Source of the DNA: the human T2T-CHM13v2.0 reference genome, Homo sapiens
Assembly: GCF_009914755.1 (NCBI RefSeq)
Contig: NC_060934.1
DNA length: 64,000 bases
Direction: 5' to 3' (one strand)
The notes beneath the pieces were generated by a model. It saw only the letters and a program-made list of their open reading frames with translations. It had not been told where the DNA came from and did not search any database. The position numbers were made by a program, and so were the translations under genes. The first letter of the stretch is position 1; every line of letters begins with the position of its first letter. Shown here piece after piece: positions 12,957 through 24,800 of this stretch.

Positions 12957-13279
12957 TATTTGGAGACAGGGTCTTTAAAGAAGTAATTAAGTTAAAATGA
13001 GGTCATTAGGGTGGGCCCTCATCCAATATAACTGGAGCCCTTATAAGAAAAGGAGATTAGGGCACAGACTTACACTGAGAAGACAGTGTGAAGACATGGG
13101 GAGAAGACAGCCACCTACAAGCTAGGCAGAGAGGCCTGTGATGAAACCAACCCTGTCAACACCATGATCTTGGACTTCCAGATAGTAAGGACTGAGACGG
13201 TATATCCGACTTGAGCCTTAAGTCCAAGCCACCGTTCCACTATTAACTCCCACCAGGACAAGTGCAGTGGCCTGAGGGG

Positions 13280-13865
13280 CCCTTCTGCTTCCACTCCTGC
13301 CCTTACTCCCTGGCCTTACTGTTACAAGAGTGAACTTCACCAGTGTTAACCAGATCACACGCGTGGCTGCCTAAATTCCTCCAATATGTCACCTAATACT
13401 GAGAAGGAAATCCAAGCTCCTCACCATGGCCAACAAAGCCCTGAAAAACGGCCCCTGCCAGCCTCCCCCTACCCAGCATTTCCCCCACCCCCACCATCAC
13501 CACCTCATGCCCTAAACTCCACTCAGAGTGGCGTTTTTGCTGTTTCAGAAACAAGCAAGCTAATCCTTGCCACCAGGCCTTTGCACTAGCTGGTGCTACT
13601 ACGTGGAACGCTCTTCCCCCAAATTTCCTCCTGGCTGGCTTCCTCTGAGTTCAAATGTCTTCTCCTCGGAGAGGCTTTTCCCATCCATCACAAAGAAACC
13701 CTCAGCATCATCTCACGCTATTGTCTTCCTACAAGTTAGCAGTAGCTTATCACTGTCTCCCTGAGAGCAGCCACCGTAGCTATCGAATGCACTGCTGCCT
13801 CCCGGGAGCCTAGCACTTATTCCAAGGCCTTGGAGCTTAGTAAATATGTGTTGCCTGGATAATGT
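13280..13865 (+). mobile_element. L2 3' region
   Basis: aaatccaagctcctcaccatggcc...ccaggcctttgcactagctg...tggaacgctcttcccc...ttagtaaatatgtgttg. Confidence 0.8.
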
Positions 13866-15639
13866 ATGTGAAAGAGCTTTGCAAACTGTAAAGTGCTGCA
13901 TAAATGTAAGATAATGTCACAAATATCAAAAAGAGCCAGCCAAATAATTCAAAGAAAATAGGAAACAAGGGGAGAAGAGGGATGAGGAATTCAGAATGAA
14001 GCTGAGAGATTTCAAGTGATGATTCAAGAAATAAACCAAGCAACCAATTTTGTTAAATATGTGAGGCCACAGGGCGAGGGAAGCACAAACCACTCCAATG
14101 ATCCATTCAGGCCATGTCTGCTCCACTCAGCCATAGAAACTGCATAAATTACAGGCAGCAGCAGTTTTCCTGGAGCCAGGCAGTAGAACACTCTCCTTGG
14201 TGCCGGCCTGGGAGGAGGATCCTGGCCTGGCAAGCAGGGCTGACTCAAGCTCATTGCATTAGCCCTCCCCTCCTGCATCTGGGCCCCTCTCACCGCAGTG
14301 CTGCCTGCCCAGGACCTGCACTCCTCCAGCGGGCGGGACTGTGACTCACAGATGGCCTGTCACTCCCAGTGCCAGCACAGAGCACCACCCGTGCCTATCT
14401 TTAGAAGTTTCGCAGGCTGAAAAATCAATTTGCCCGCCTGGCACCTGGGTCTGGGGCCTCCCCGCTAACATCAGTGGCAGGCGAAATGTGGCCTCCCCTC
14501 TGCCTGCCCTGATGCGTCAGACCTTACTCAGGGTCCCGAGGGCCTGGCAGTGCCGCCCAACAGACTCCTGTGAGCTGCTGCACCCACAGGTGTGCTGGTC
14601 TGCCCCTCAGAGATAGCCAGGCCTCACCAGAAGATGCGGGCAAACACCACGCCCTAGAAAATACTGGCAAGGGGGAAGCGAATCACTTTGCATCCTGGCT
14701 GCCTGACTGGCACATTCCCCAGGTGGTCATCTGGCACCTAATCCATGTGTGGTCACAGCAAACTGGCTTGCCCAGGTGGTACAAGTTCAGCCTCTTCCTC
14801 CAAGCAGGGACCAGAGGTAAGAGAACAGCACACAACTCCACGCCTTAATAAAAAGGCCCAGGAGGCAGATTCCCAACGCAGTGACAACTCCCAGCTGGCC
14901 CCCAGGCTTCCCAACTACTGAAAATGGCCACATGTGACTCCCACAAGCCAAAGGGACCCTGTATTACTGGGTATGCGGAGAGAGAACCATCTCAGACATT
15001 TCACCATATTAATAATCTCTCTTTCAATAAAGACTCGCTGAGCACCTGGCAGTGGCAGGGTGGGTGGAATAGGGTAAGAATAAGCTGAGGAACAAGAGAA
15101 AGGAAATCTCTGGCCCTGGCCCTGTACTTTCTCCTTGCACCTGTGGGCGCTCTGTGCTCAGCCTTTGAGATTTCCAAATCCCCTCTGACCTTCTGCCTCT
15201 TCACTCACGTCTAGACACCATTTTTACAGAAACCAGGAGCTACTGCCTGTTTTGTTTTTTTTTGTTTTTTTTCCAGTAATACAGCCTAGGGCCCTGCCCA
15301 CCCCACCTCCTTTTCTTTATGAGATACAGTGAAGTCCAGCTGTCCTGCAGCAGATGAAAACAGAGAGAGGGCTCTCACCCGCTAGCTCTAGTTGAGAAAT
15401 GAGAATGCCCCAGAAGAGCTTAAGGGCTCAAAAGCCATCTCTGAGAATTTGCAGAAGCACAATCCTACATGTTTGCTTCCTTAATCCAAAAAAGGATCCA
15501 AGGTCATGTGTCTACAGGAGCCAGCCTGTTACGGTGAGTGAGGGGTGCTGCATTCAGCACCGGGGGATGGGGGGGAAAGGAGAGCGTGCAATGGCTCTGC
15601 CCAAACCAATCATCACCATGAGGGGACACAGGCACACAA

Positions 15640-15800
15640 AGGTACATTTTCAATCTTTTATTTTTTCAAAAACAGCTAGCAATCCAGATTTTTATCCAAA
15701 ATCTCCTTTGTAAATATAGGCAATTGATGAAAAAAAAAATTAAAAAACAATGAAGCCACATGGGCTAAACCAAACACACCTGTAGACTGCCAGTTTGTCC
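15640..15800. mobile_element. hAT-Charlie fragment (MER102-like)
   Basis: agctagcaatccagatttttatccaaaatctcc...gggctaaaccaaacacacctg. Confidence 0.55.
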
Positions 15801-16589
15801 CCTCTCATAGGTAGGATGGGGTGACTGAATTCTGGGGAGCACGTTCAGAGGTCGCTATCTTTCTCTGCTTCTCCCCAGAGAGGTCTTCCTAGGCTGCCTC
15901 TCAGACACACAGCACCAGCCAGAGGGCAAGGACCAACTGATAAGCCAGGAAGTGTGGCTCCCATCACTTTGAGGAGGGAATCAGGAACTCTTTGGAAACC
16001 CCTGCTGTACACCTTGCTGGTGCCATTTCCCAAATATTTGTGGTTCACCCCTCGGCTTTCAGTGTCTCTTTCCTTCTCTGCCTCCCCACCCAGGGCTAAC
16101 TCCTCTCCTTCCTGAAGACTCTGTTCAAGCATCAGCTCCTCCAAAGAGCTGCCCACTAAGCAGTGCCCCTCCCTCCAGCCCCTGGGCTGGGAGGCTTCCC
16201 GGCACCTGGCATATCATGCACTCTGCATGCCCACACACAACTTCCAGGCACTTGATTGACCCTCACTAGCAGGGAGCTCCTCAAGAGAAGGGCTGGTTCT
16301 CTTCCATCCCTGTTATCCCTGCAGCCAGCGCAGATCTTGGAACACAGAGCAGCTCCACACAGAACTGAACCAGCAACTTCTCCAGGAGCAAATGTTTTCT
16401 GAGCACTGGCCTATACCAGGTGCATGCGAAGGGTGCATAAGGCCACTGAGATGAATTTGACATATCCAGGGGCTTCAGAGGATCACAGTCTCTTGGGTCT
16501 GACAGATGTTTAAGAAATCCCCATCATGTAGAGTACCCACAGCCCACCCCCCTACTCCGCCCCGCCACAGCCACCCTCCTCCCATCCTT

Positions 16590-16922
16590 CCTGGGTCTTG
16601 GCCACACTTGCTCTTCCTTCTGCCTGCAACATGGCCCTTTCCTGAAATCTGCTCCAAACTCCCCTTAACAAAGAGCTTTCTCTCCATGCACCCTCCATAG
16701 CACTATTTTTTCCCATTCCCTGTTTCATTTGTGCTTGTGCACTTATGGCCACCTGGCTTCTCCTGTTTCCCTATTTGTCCTGTCTGTGGTCTGTCTCCAC
16801 TACTAGACCTAACCCAATGAGGGCAGGGCCTGCATCTGCTTCGTTTTCTGCAGTATGCCCGGTGCAGAGGACAGCGCCTGACCCATGGTAGGTGCACAGT
16901 AAACAGTGGTTACCCGAATGAA
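16590..16922 (+). mobile_element. L2 3' end
   Basis: ctactagacct...atgagggcagggcc...catggtaggtgcacagtaaaca...gaatgaat. Confidence 0.8.
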
Positions 16923-18084
16923 TTTAAGAATGAGAAAGTAAGATACGTTCCAAAAGCTCTGCATGCTGCAAAGGCCTCTGAGCCTCTATATGCTGAGAGG
17001 CAGCTGGACCTCTGCCTCCTCCTTTGCACGGTGGGCAGAGCACCTGCAGAACTTTCCACTTCTCATGCCTCATCATGTGTCTGGGCTCCGGCTCCGGTGC
17101 TGCAAAGCAGGTGAAGGGCCCCCTGTGCAAGTGTAAGAGGCTAAAACGGGGGTGCCTGTGTGAGCGGCTGGTGTGGGGTGGGCACCTGCCGGTGTACGGG
17201 AGACTGAAGGGTGGAGAGGGCCTCTCATGCAGGCATGTGTGAGCAGCTGCAGGTGTGTGAGCAAATGTGCATCACTGGGGAACAGGTGTCTGTGGATGAG
17301 GGAGGAAGTGAGGGTGAGGGTGTTTGTGGACATAGGGATGTGTGTTTTTTACAAAAAAAAAAAAAACAAAAGGTGAGGGGAAGCCGGCCTGCATACATGT
17401 GCATGCATGTGAACATGCGTGTGTGAATGTGGGGAAGGGCGCATTGGTGAAAAAGGTGCTGGTGCTTTTTCTCCCTGATGCAAACTCAGGCTGGAGAGAC
17501 TGGGACTAGGCAGACCCTACCCTTGGCACTCCAGGAAGAGTTCCTCCCTCTATGAAGAGCTGCCTGACCTCATTCAAGGTGTACAGAAAGAAAGCAGTGT
17601 CACCGGAACCCAGGCCTCCACCATAAATGGGCCAGAGGCAATTCCACAGCAGTAACCGGGCAGGCAAAACCACCCCTGGAAAACACAAGCTGACACGAAG
17701 GATGAGCCTCTCAGGCCCCCTGGGCGTGGGGTCCCTGGAATCCCTCTGTCCCTGGCTCCTAGTGATTTTACACCAAGGCTGAACACATAGATTTGAGGCA
17801 CCAGTGCAGTGCAGGACATGGGCGTGTTATTACCAGCTCCATGGTTAATGAGCATTGCATCCACTGGGAGCAGCCAGGCTGGGGATGCTAAGACCTGCTG
17901 GGTGGTTCTGCTGAGTTGGGGCTCATGGGGCAAGAAGGCCAGTTTCTGCCAGCCCCTCCCAGCAGCAGTGAGACAAGGACACAGACACTGAAGGGCCCGT
18001 GTTCTCAGCCTCTCCCCCTCCGACTCCTGCCCATCTTCCTGGTCACATCTCCTCCCACCGTCTGCCTTGCTTGCTGAGTCCATG

Positions 18085-18350
18085 CATTTGTTCATTTCCC
18101 CATTCAACAAGGAGGTATCAAGCACCACTATTTCCCAGGCACATTCCTAGGGTGTAGAACTGAAAAACACAGGTAAAGTACTGCCTCCATGCAACAGACA
18201 TTGTAGTTGAGGAAACAGGCGATAAGCCAAACTGATAAGAGAAATATAAGGTGTGTTAAGACAAATATAAGATGGTGACAAATGCCCCAGAGAAAATAAT
18301 AAAATAGGGAAGGGAGGCAGGAAGAGGGGCCGTTAATCAGGGTAGCCAAG
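18085..18350 (-). mobile_element. L2 3' end (antisense)
   Basis: cattcaacaa...agcaccactatttcccaggcacattcctaggg...atggtgacaaatgcc. Confidence 0.75.
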
Positions 18351-18377
18351 GAAACTCTCCAGCAGCCAGCCTCGTTC

Positions 18378-18735
18378 CCTCCCCAGAGGCTTCACAGCTG
18401 CTGTTCCACACACCTGAAGTACTGTTCCCTCAAAGATCCCCCATAGTTTCCTTTTCCAGGCAAGTTGATCTTGTTCCACTCATTGGCCACTTCCTTAGAA
18501 AGACCCTCCCTGGCCAACTACATAAAACAGGTTCCCCATTGCACTCACATCACTATCCCCTTAGCCTGTTTCATATTCTAAAACCAGTTCTCATTATCTG
18601 AAGTTAGTTTATTATTTATTTACTATGTTTCTGCCTCCCCCAGTGAAATATGAGGTCTCAAAGGAGAGAGGATGTGTGTCTTGCTGACCACTATATCTTC
18701 AGCACCCAGAACAGGCCAACACATGGCAGGCCCTG
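18378..18735 (+). mobile_element. L2 3' end (sense)
   Basis: cttccttagaaagaccctccctggcc...tgtcttgctgaccactatatcttcagcacccagaacag...catggcaggccct. Confidence 0.75.
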
Positions 18736-20190
18736 GGACTGAAATTTCATAGTCCACTTCTTGTTCCTTTGGGTTAAGCAATGCCCTCCCCCAGCATCCA
18801 TTTAAAAATACTCTCAGGCAAGTGATACATGAAGTCATGAACACTCTAGTATGAATCCGTCACTTCTCTCTAGGGGCTGCTCAGAAATCTAGGAGCACGT
18901 GTTAGTACTGAGGGAAGGGGACAGGGCCGAAGGAAGAAGCCCACAGGCTGCCTGCCCAAGCACAGGACTGGAAGGGAGGAGGCCTGGGTGTGGTGCCAGC
19001 TCTGTCCCCAGCTTCTGGGTAACCTCTCTAAGCATCCGTTTCTTCATGACTTAGAGCTGAGAGGGAGCTCTTGGTCACCTATGCTTTGGGGACTCCAGCG
19101 GGGAGGAAATGAGTCAATTAGGAGGACATGAAGTTGGCTGCCTCCTCACTTTGCCATCAAAGACAATAGGTCTATGTTCTGATCCCTGCCTCAGACAAAA
19201 TGGAGAAAACCCAAAGATAGTGGGAAGCCGCCTGCACTGTATGAATGCACGCTTGGAGAAGACTGTCTCCCTGCTGCCCAGCACCCACTGTCCACGCATG
19301 GTTACTATTAGAAAGTTAATCATGGAAAATGCTGAGGTCTCTTTCCCCAGCCCTGCACCTCTCAGCTCCACACTACAATTTCATCTTCCATATAGTGTTA
19401 CCAGACAGTGCCATTGGCTCCGTCCACTCACTTGTCCCAGGCCTTTATGACCTTTCCATTCAAGCCACACACCACGTCTGCTCCACAGAGCTGTAAGACA
19501 CACTGGCTTCAGCCCGCCTGGCCTGGGCCAGCACGCTGACATTTTCCATGAGTCCACATCAGCCAGTGAAATGCTCAGAGGGGATTAAGGCAACCTTCTC
19601 CATCACCCCCGAGTTGCTTTAGGAAAGAGAATAACAGCACTGACCCCTCCATTGGCAGCTGGTGATATCCACACACCATCTCTATCCAGAGATGAAAGGC
19701 TCCTTCTCCATCCTTGACTTGCAAAACAGGGATTATTTCCCACCTCACGCTTTCTGAAATATCACCAAAGATGCAGCTGTGTTTGAAGGCCAGCCTCATA
19801 AAAGGCGTAGGACCCACGTGTCAGTCAACACTCCACTGAGAAGATAATTGATTTTTTTTTTGTTTTATGATTATTTGCGGGCACTGGTTCTCTTTCCATT
19901 AGCCTGGATAATCGAGGGAAGACTGTAAAGAGTATTAATATCACGGCCAAGGTCACTCAGCTGGCTCCTGCTGCCATTCCAACCCAAAGGCTGAATTACT
20001 ATGGCTTTTACTAATAATAACAAGAACAATAAATAACATGAGTGATTATAAAGCCAGGGAACTCTGCAATTACCTCAACAATTAACACATCCCTTCGTGA
20101 AACACAGAACAGAAAAAATTTTCAAAGGTTCAAGTTAGAAAACTTCTGCATTCTGTTTGGTGCAAGTGACAGTCAGAAAAGGGCCTTGTT

Positions 20191-21056
20191 TGAGGGTATG
20201 CAGTGTGAGAGTATGCAGTGTGAGGGTATACATGAGGTCTGCAGTATGCAGTGCAGTGTGAGGGTATGCAGTGTGAGGTGTGCAGTATGCAGCGTGAGGG
20301 TATGCAGTGTGAGGTCTGGGGTATGCAGTGTGAGGGTGTGCAGTGTGAGGTCTGGCATATGCAGTGTGAGGGCTGGGGTATGCAGTGTGAGGGTGTGCAG
20401 TGTGAGGGTGTGCAGTGTGAGGGTGTGCAGTGTGAGGTCTGGAGTATGCAGTGTGAGGGTGTGCAGTGTGAGGTCCGGGGTATGCAGTGTGAGGGTGTGC
20501 AGTGTGAGGTCTGGCATATGCAGTGTGAGGGCTGGGGTATGCAGTGTGAGGGTGTGCAGTGTGAGGTCTGGAGTATGCAGTGTGAGGGTGTGCATTGTGA
20601 GGTCCGGGGTATGCAGTGTGCGGGTGTGCAGTGTGAGGGTGTGCAGTGTGAGGTCTGGGGTATACAGTGTGAGGGTGTGCAGTGTGAGGTCTGGGGTGTG
20701 TGGTGTGAGGGTGTGCAGTGTGAGGTCTGAGGTATGCAGTGTGAGGGTGTGCAGTGTGCGGTCTGGGGTATGTGGTGTGAGGGTATGCAGTGTGAGGTCT
20801 GGGGTGTGCAGTGTGAGGATGTGCAGTGTGAGGTCTGGGGTATGTGGTGTGAGGGTGTGCAGTGTGAGGTCCCGGGTATGCAGTGTGAGGGTGTGCAGTG
20901 TGAGGTCTGGGGTATGCAGTGTGAGGGTATGCAGTGTGAGGTCTGGGGTGTGCAGTGTGAGGTCTGGGATATGTGGTGTGAGGGTATGCAGTGTGAGGGT
21001 GTGCAGTGTGAGGGTATCCAGTGTGAGGTCTGGGGTATGCAATGTGAGGTCTGGGG
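20191..21056. repeat. Minisatellite/VNTR of mixed 15-bp (gcagtgtgagggt(a/g)t) and 21-bp (gcagtgtgaggtctggggtat) units
   Basis: Directly visible tandem array; accounts for the 311-367-aa ORFs on both strands. Confidence 0.97.
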
Positions 21057-21228
21057 CTGGCTCCAGTTGGTTTCCAACTTTACCAGGTGTGTGGCCCGGG
21101 CAAGTCACTTCATCTCAGCAGGTTCCTGCACATAGGGGCTGGTGAGGACTCAAGGATAAGGCACACTAAAGGGCTTGGCACAGTGACCAGCAGGTAGCAG
21201 CACTCTCTAAGTATTAGCTGCCATTGTT
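21047..21228 (+). mobile_element. MIR abutting the VNTR
   Basis: tgtgtggcccgggcaagtcacttcatctc...ggcttggcacagtgacc...taagtattagctgccatt. Confidence 0.7.
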
Positions 21229-22099
21229 GTCTTTATCATTAATGTAACTACATCTTAATTAGGAATGATGGGATCTCATTTGGCCCCCACACCAATCCAG
21301 GAATTGAGATGAGAATAGTGTTTCCTCTACCATCCATCAGCCAATATCCAGCAGCCACCCCAGGGGAGGCCACTGGTCATCCCACGCCATATAAAGTTCA
21401 CTGCCCCTGGATGGTAGGCTCACCCCAAGCCTGCTCCCTCATCCTCATTCCCATCCTCAACAGAGAGGAAAGTCCACCACTGTCTCCATTTTAAAGAGGC
21501 AGCCTGTGACATCCAAGAGACCTTCCAGCCTCAGGGAAAGGCGTGAACAAGAGCTCCAGCTGGGTCTTTACAGATGAAGCCCCACTTTGGTACCTCTTCT
21601 CCTAACAACCCCAGCTTTTGGAAGACATCAAAATTCCAAAGGCTCAGCTGCAGAAAGATCTTCCAAATTTCTCATTATAGTTATTCCCTGAAAGGCCAAG
21701 AGCTTTATTCTTCATCCATTTACTCAACACTTTCATGGAGCAACTGCTACGACGTGTCAGCCTCTGCAGGAGGCAGCTTTAAACTAAGTGTGACAGATGA
21801 GAAAGAACCATAACACACAAAGCAGGGAGAACAGTGATTCCAGCCAAAGAAAACAGCATGTGCAAAGGCCCTGAGGTGCATAAAATTTGGCATGTTCTCT
21901 GTGGATAGGGTTCTAAATCATGTCCAGGACAGGGGGACACCTTTGTGTCACCCTCATCTGAAAGCAACCTTTAAGAAGCCACAGGACAGACTGTCTTCAA
22001 CTCAGAAAACCTCCCTGATACCCATCTTCCATCCTCCACCCCTACATTCTCACTCTTGTCTGGTTTCCTCAGTTACCATCCTGGTGCCTAATTTCTGGT

Positions 22100-22350
22100 G
22101 GCAGCAAAGTGCAAGATTAGAGGCCCACACACTAGTGCCCGGAAGCTTGGGCTTCAATCCCAGATCCGCCAATTATGGCTTCAGTGGTTTGGGGCAAGTG
22201 ATTTAACTGCCTCTCTGTGCCTCAGTTTCCTCATCTGTAAACCATGGATAACAGAGAACCTCTTTGGAGATCTGCTGTAAGGATCGGACAAGTAAAAAGA
22301 AGTGAGGCTCTTGGATAAATAAATATCTAAGGCACATAGAAGTTCCCTGA
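22100..22350 (+). mobile_element. MIR
   Basis: ggggcaagtgatttaactgcctctctgtgcctcagtttcctcatctgtaaa. Confidence 0.88.
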
Positions 22351-22588
22351 AAATGTGGGCATTATCAATATTTATTTTAAGCATCATCATTTTTCTTATT
22401 ATATTCCCTTTCTCCATCTGGTCCCTTGAGAGTGATGACTCGGTTGAATGAATGACACCCACCCCAGTTTCTCACCCCATCTCCCAACACCAGGATCCTT
22501 TTGCCTAGTGGGTGGTTATCACTTAGATGTGCCCATCCCCAAACCTCACTTGATATAGTGATTTCTGGAGACCCTAAGAGGACTCAGG

Positions 22589-22903
22589 GACCAGGCACGG
22601 TGGCTCATGCCTGTAATCCCAGCACTTTGGGAGGTCGAGGCAGGTAGATCACCTGAGGTCAGGAGTTTCAGACCAGCCTGGCCAACATGGCAAAACCTAT
22701 CTCTACTAAAAATACAAAAATTAGCCAGGCGTGGTGGCAGGTCCCTGTAATCCCAGCTGCTCAGGAGGCTGAGGCAGGAGAATCACTTGAACCCAGGAGG
22801 CGGAGGTTGCAGTGAGCCAAGATCATGTCACTGCACTACTCCAGCCTGGGTGACAGAGCAAGACTCCATCTCAAAATAAATAAATAAATAAATAAATAAA
22901 TAA
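22589..22903 (+). mobile_element. AluSx-like with (TAAA)n tail
   Basis: Full Alu; gatcacctgaggtcaggagtt; short TSD gactcagg on both sides. Confidence 0.95.
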
Positions 22904-23689
22904 GACTCAGGGGACTTCCTGCACATTCCCATGAGCCATGAGCCATCTCCAACACCTTGGGGCAGAGTAGGGGACTCTATGACTCCACTGGGGAAGGGGT
23001 CCTGCAATGGGGCCTGAGATGTGCTTTCCCCCAGCTGACACTCTTTTCCTTATTTAACTTTTTCAAAAACTCCCCCAAATGTTTTGCCTTTTCATTTGCC
23101 TCGCCTCCTCCTTAACACTCTCCACCTGCCCCAAAATCCCCAGTAGTTTCAAAATTGAATAACTGTCGGGAACAGCATTTAAAGATGCTAATTTAAACAC
23201 ACGTGTCAGAAAAGGCAAGCTGGATCCCTGCTCCTAGCAACAGCCCCTCACCCACACCTCACAGCTGCTGCTGCCCAGAAACAGGGCTTGCTTGAGTGAG
23301 CTGGCAGGGGGGCCGGATACAGGGAAGCAGAGTTGTGGGACCTAGCTCTGAGCCTGCTTCTGGCCTTTCCCCTTGGATGGAGGTCTTTATCCTTGCAGGG
23401 CAGCCTTCAAAGGTGCAAACTCTGCCAAGCTGCCAATTCCTCAAGAAAGGGGTCTTGGGGCAACCAATGGTTTAAGTAAACCCATTGTATCACATTTTGA
23501 ACATACAGAACTGCTAACACAGAGACCTCTAATTTCCTTTAATAAACCCAAACTCTTCCATTTGAGTAAGCTTCATACATTAAATAGCAACACCTACTGT
23601 TAAAGCATAACAAGTCTCCTTTCCATTTTTCACATCATAAATGTAAGTTTGGGTCCCATCAAGGGGCAGATTCCTCTAAGTGCCAATGT

Positions 23690-23960
23690 AAAGTGCCCCC
23701 TCCTCTATGTAGTCCTCCTGAATGACCCTCCATGCCACAGGTGGGAGTGGTCTTTTCCTCCCCTGAACTCTCTCATGCTCTTCCCAGCTATCTTTCATTG
23801 TAGCAAGATCTTGGTCAAGCTCATGCATAGCTTATCTCCACTTCTAGACTGGGACATCCTTAAGAACAGAAGCTATGTCTTACTCAACCTTGGACGTGCC
23901 CCCCCCCCTTGCAATCACACCACAGAACCGCATAGTAGGTGCTTAATAAATAGTTATAAA
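23690..23960 (+). mobile_element. L2 3' end
   Basis: ctagactgggacatccttaagaacaga...catagtaggtgcttaataaata. Confidence 0.7.
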
Positions 23961-24436
23961 TTATTAACATCAGTCACCTTGGAGCTCTCCAATTTAAAGA
24001 AACAGTTTTTTAAAAATATGTATAGTAAGTAGACACTGCCCCAATAGTTGGTCCCATTGGTAAATATAGCTTTTCATGTGTTGGGTTTGCTTCAAATGGA
24101 GGTATAAAAACACACAGAAAGACCAAGACAGAAGCTAAAACATAGGGAATGCAAGCCTGGTAACCTCTACCTGGGAGAGAAATTTGCCCAACTGGGCAAT
24201 GTGCAGGCAAGGCTGATGTCAAGGGAAGATGCTGGAGAAGAGAAATGCTACTGAAAGAGCACGCAAGTGCCTTTGCATCTCCAGGTAAGTGCTTATTTCA
24301 AGAAAGTGTAAAGCAGCTATGTTTCTTGATTTGGATGTTAGTTCCATGGGTGTGTTCAGTTTTGAATATGCATATACTTTGTGGTGTGTTCAAGTTTTAG
24401 TATCATATTATATAGTTCAACTTGAAAAGTAAAAAT

Positions 24437-24800
24437 ATTTGTGGGATCTAAAAAATCAAATTAGAGTAGAAAGAGAGTTACCAGAGGCTGGGAAGGGGAG
24501 TGGCGGATTGGAGGGGAGGCAGGATGGTTAATGGATACAAAAAAATAGAAAGAATGAATAACACCTACTATCTGATAACATAATAGGGTGACTATAGTCA
24601 ATAATAACTTAATTGTATATTTTAAAATAACTTAAAGAATGTAACTGGATTGTTTGTAACTCAAAGGATAAATGCTTGAGGAGATGAATATTCACTCTCC
24701 ATGATGTGCTTATTTCACATTGCATGCCTGTATCAAAACATCTCATGGGCTCCATAAATCTACACACCTACTATGTAACCCACAAATTGTTTTAAATAAT
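24437..24800 (+). mobile_element. L1MA (L1MA1/2-like) 3' end
   Basis: atttgtgggatctaaaaaatcaaa...gttaccagaggctgggaagggg...ggattgtttgtaactcaaaggataaatgcttgagg...cattgcatgcctgtatcaaaacatctcatg. Confidence 0.92.

Larger units (their letters stand above)
12090..13180 (+). mobile_element. MLT1B-like MaLR LTR, split (12090-12106 and 12959-13180)
   Basis: cctcaggatgtgacta | tttggagacagggtctttaaagaagtaattaagttaaaatgaggtcattagggtgggccct...gatcttggacttccag rejoins into a continuous MLT1B consensus. Confidence 0.88.

Noticed and set aside
20074-20092. Possible 19-nt - strand micro-exon (CTAAC branch point, pyrimidine tract, AAG acceptor, GAG|GTAATT donor)
   Set aside because: Weak acceptor and frame-breaking length; such combinations occur by chance. 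Needs junction reads.
20042-21145. 367-aa Cys-rich ORF (and overlapping 315/311-aa ORFs) as a protein-coding gene
   Set aside because: Entirely explained by the VNTR. It starts at GTG, is open in several frames on both strands, and has no promoter or splice context.
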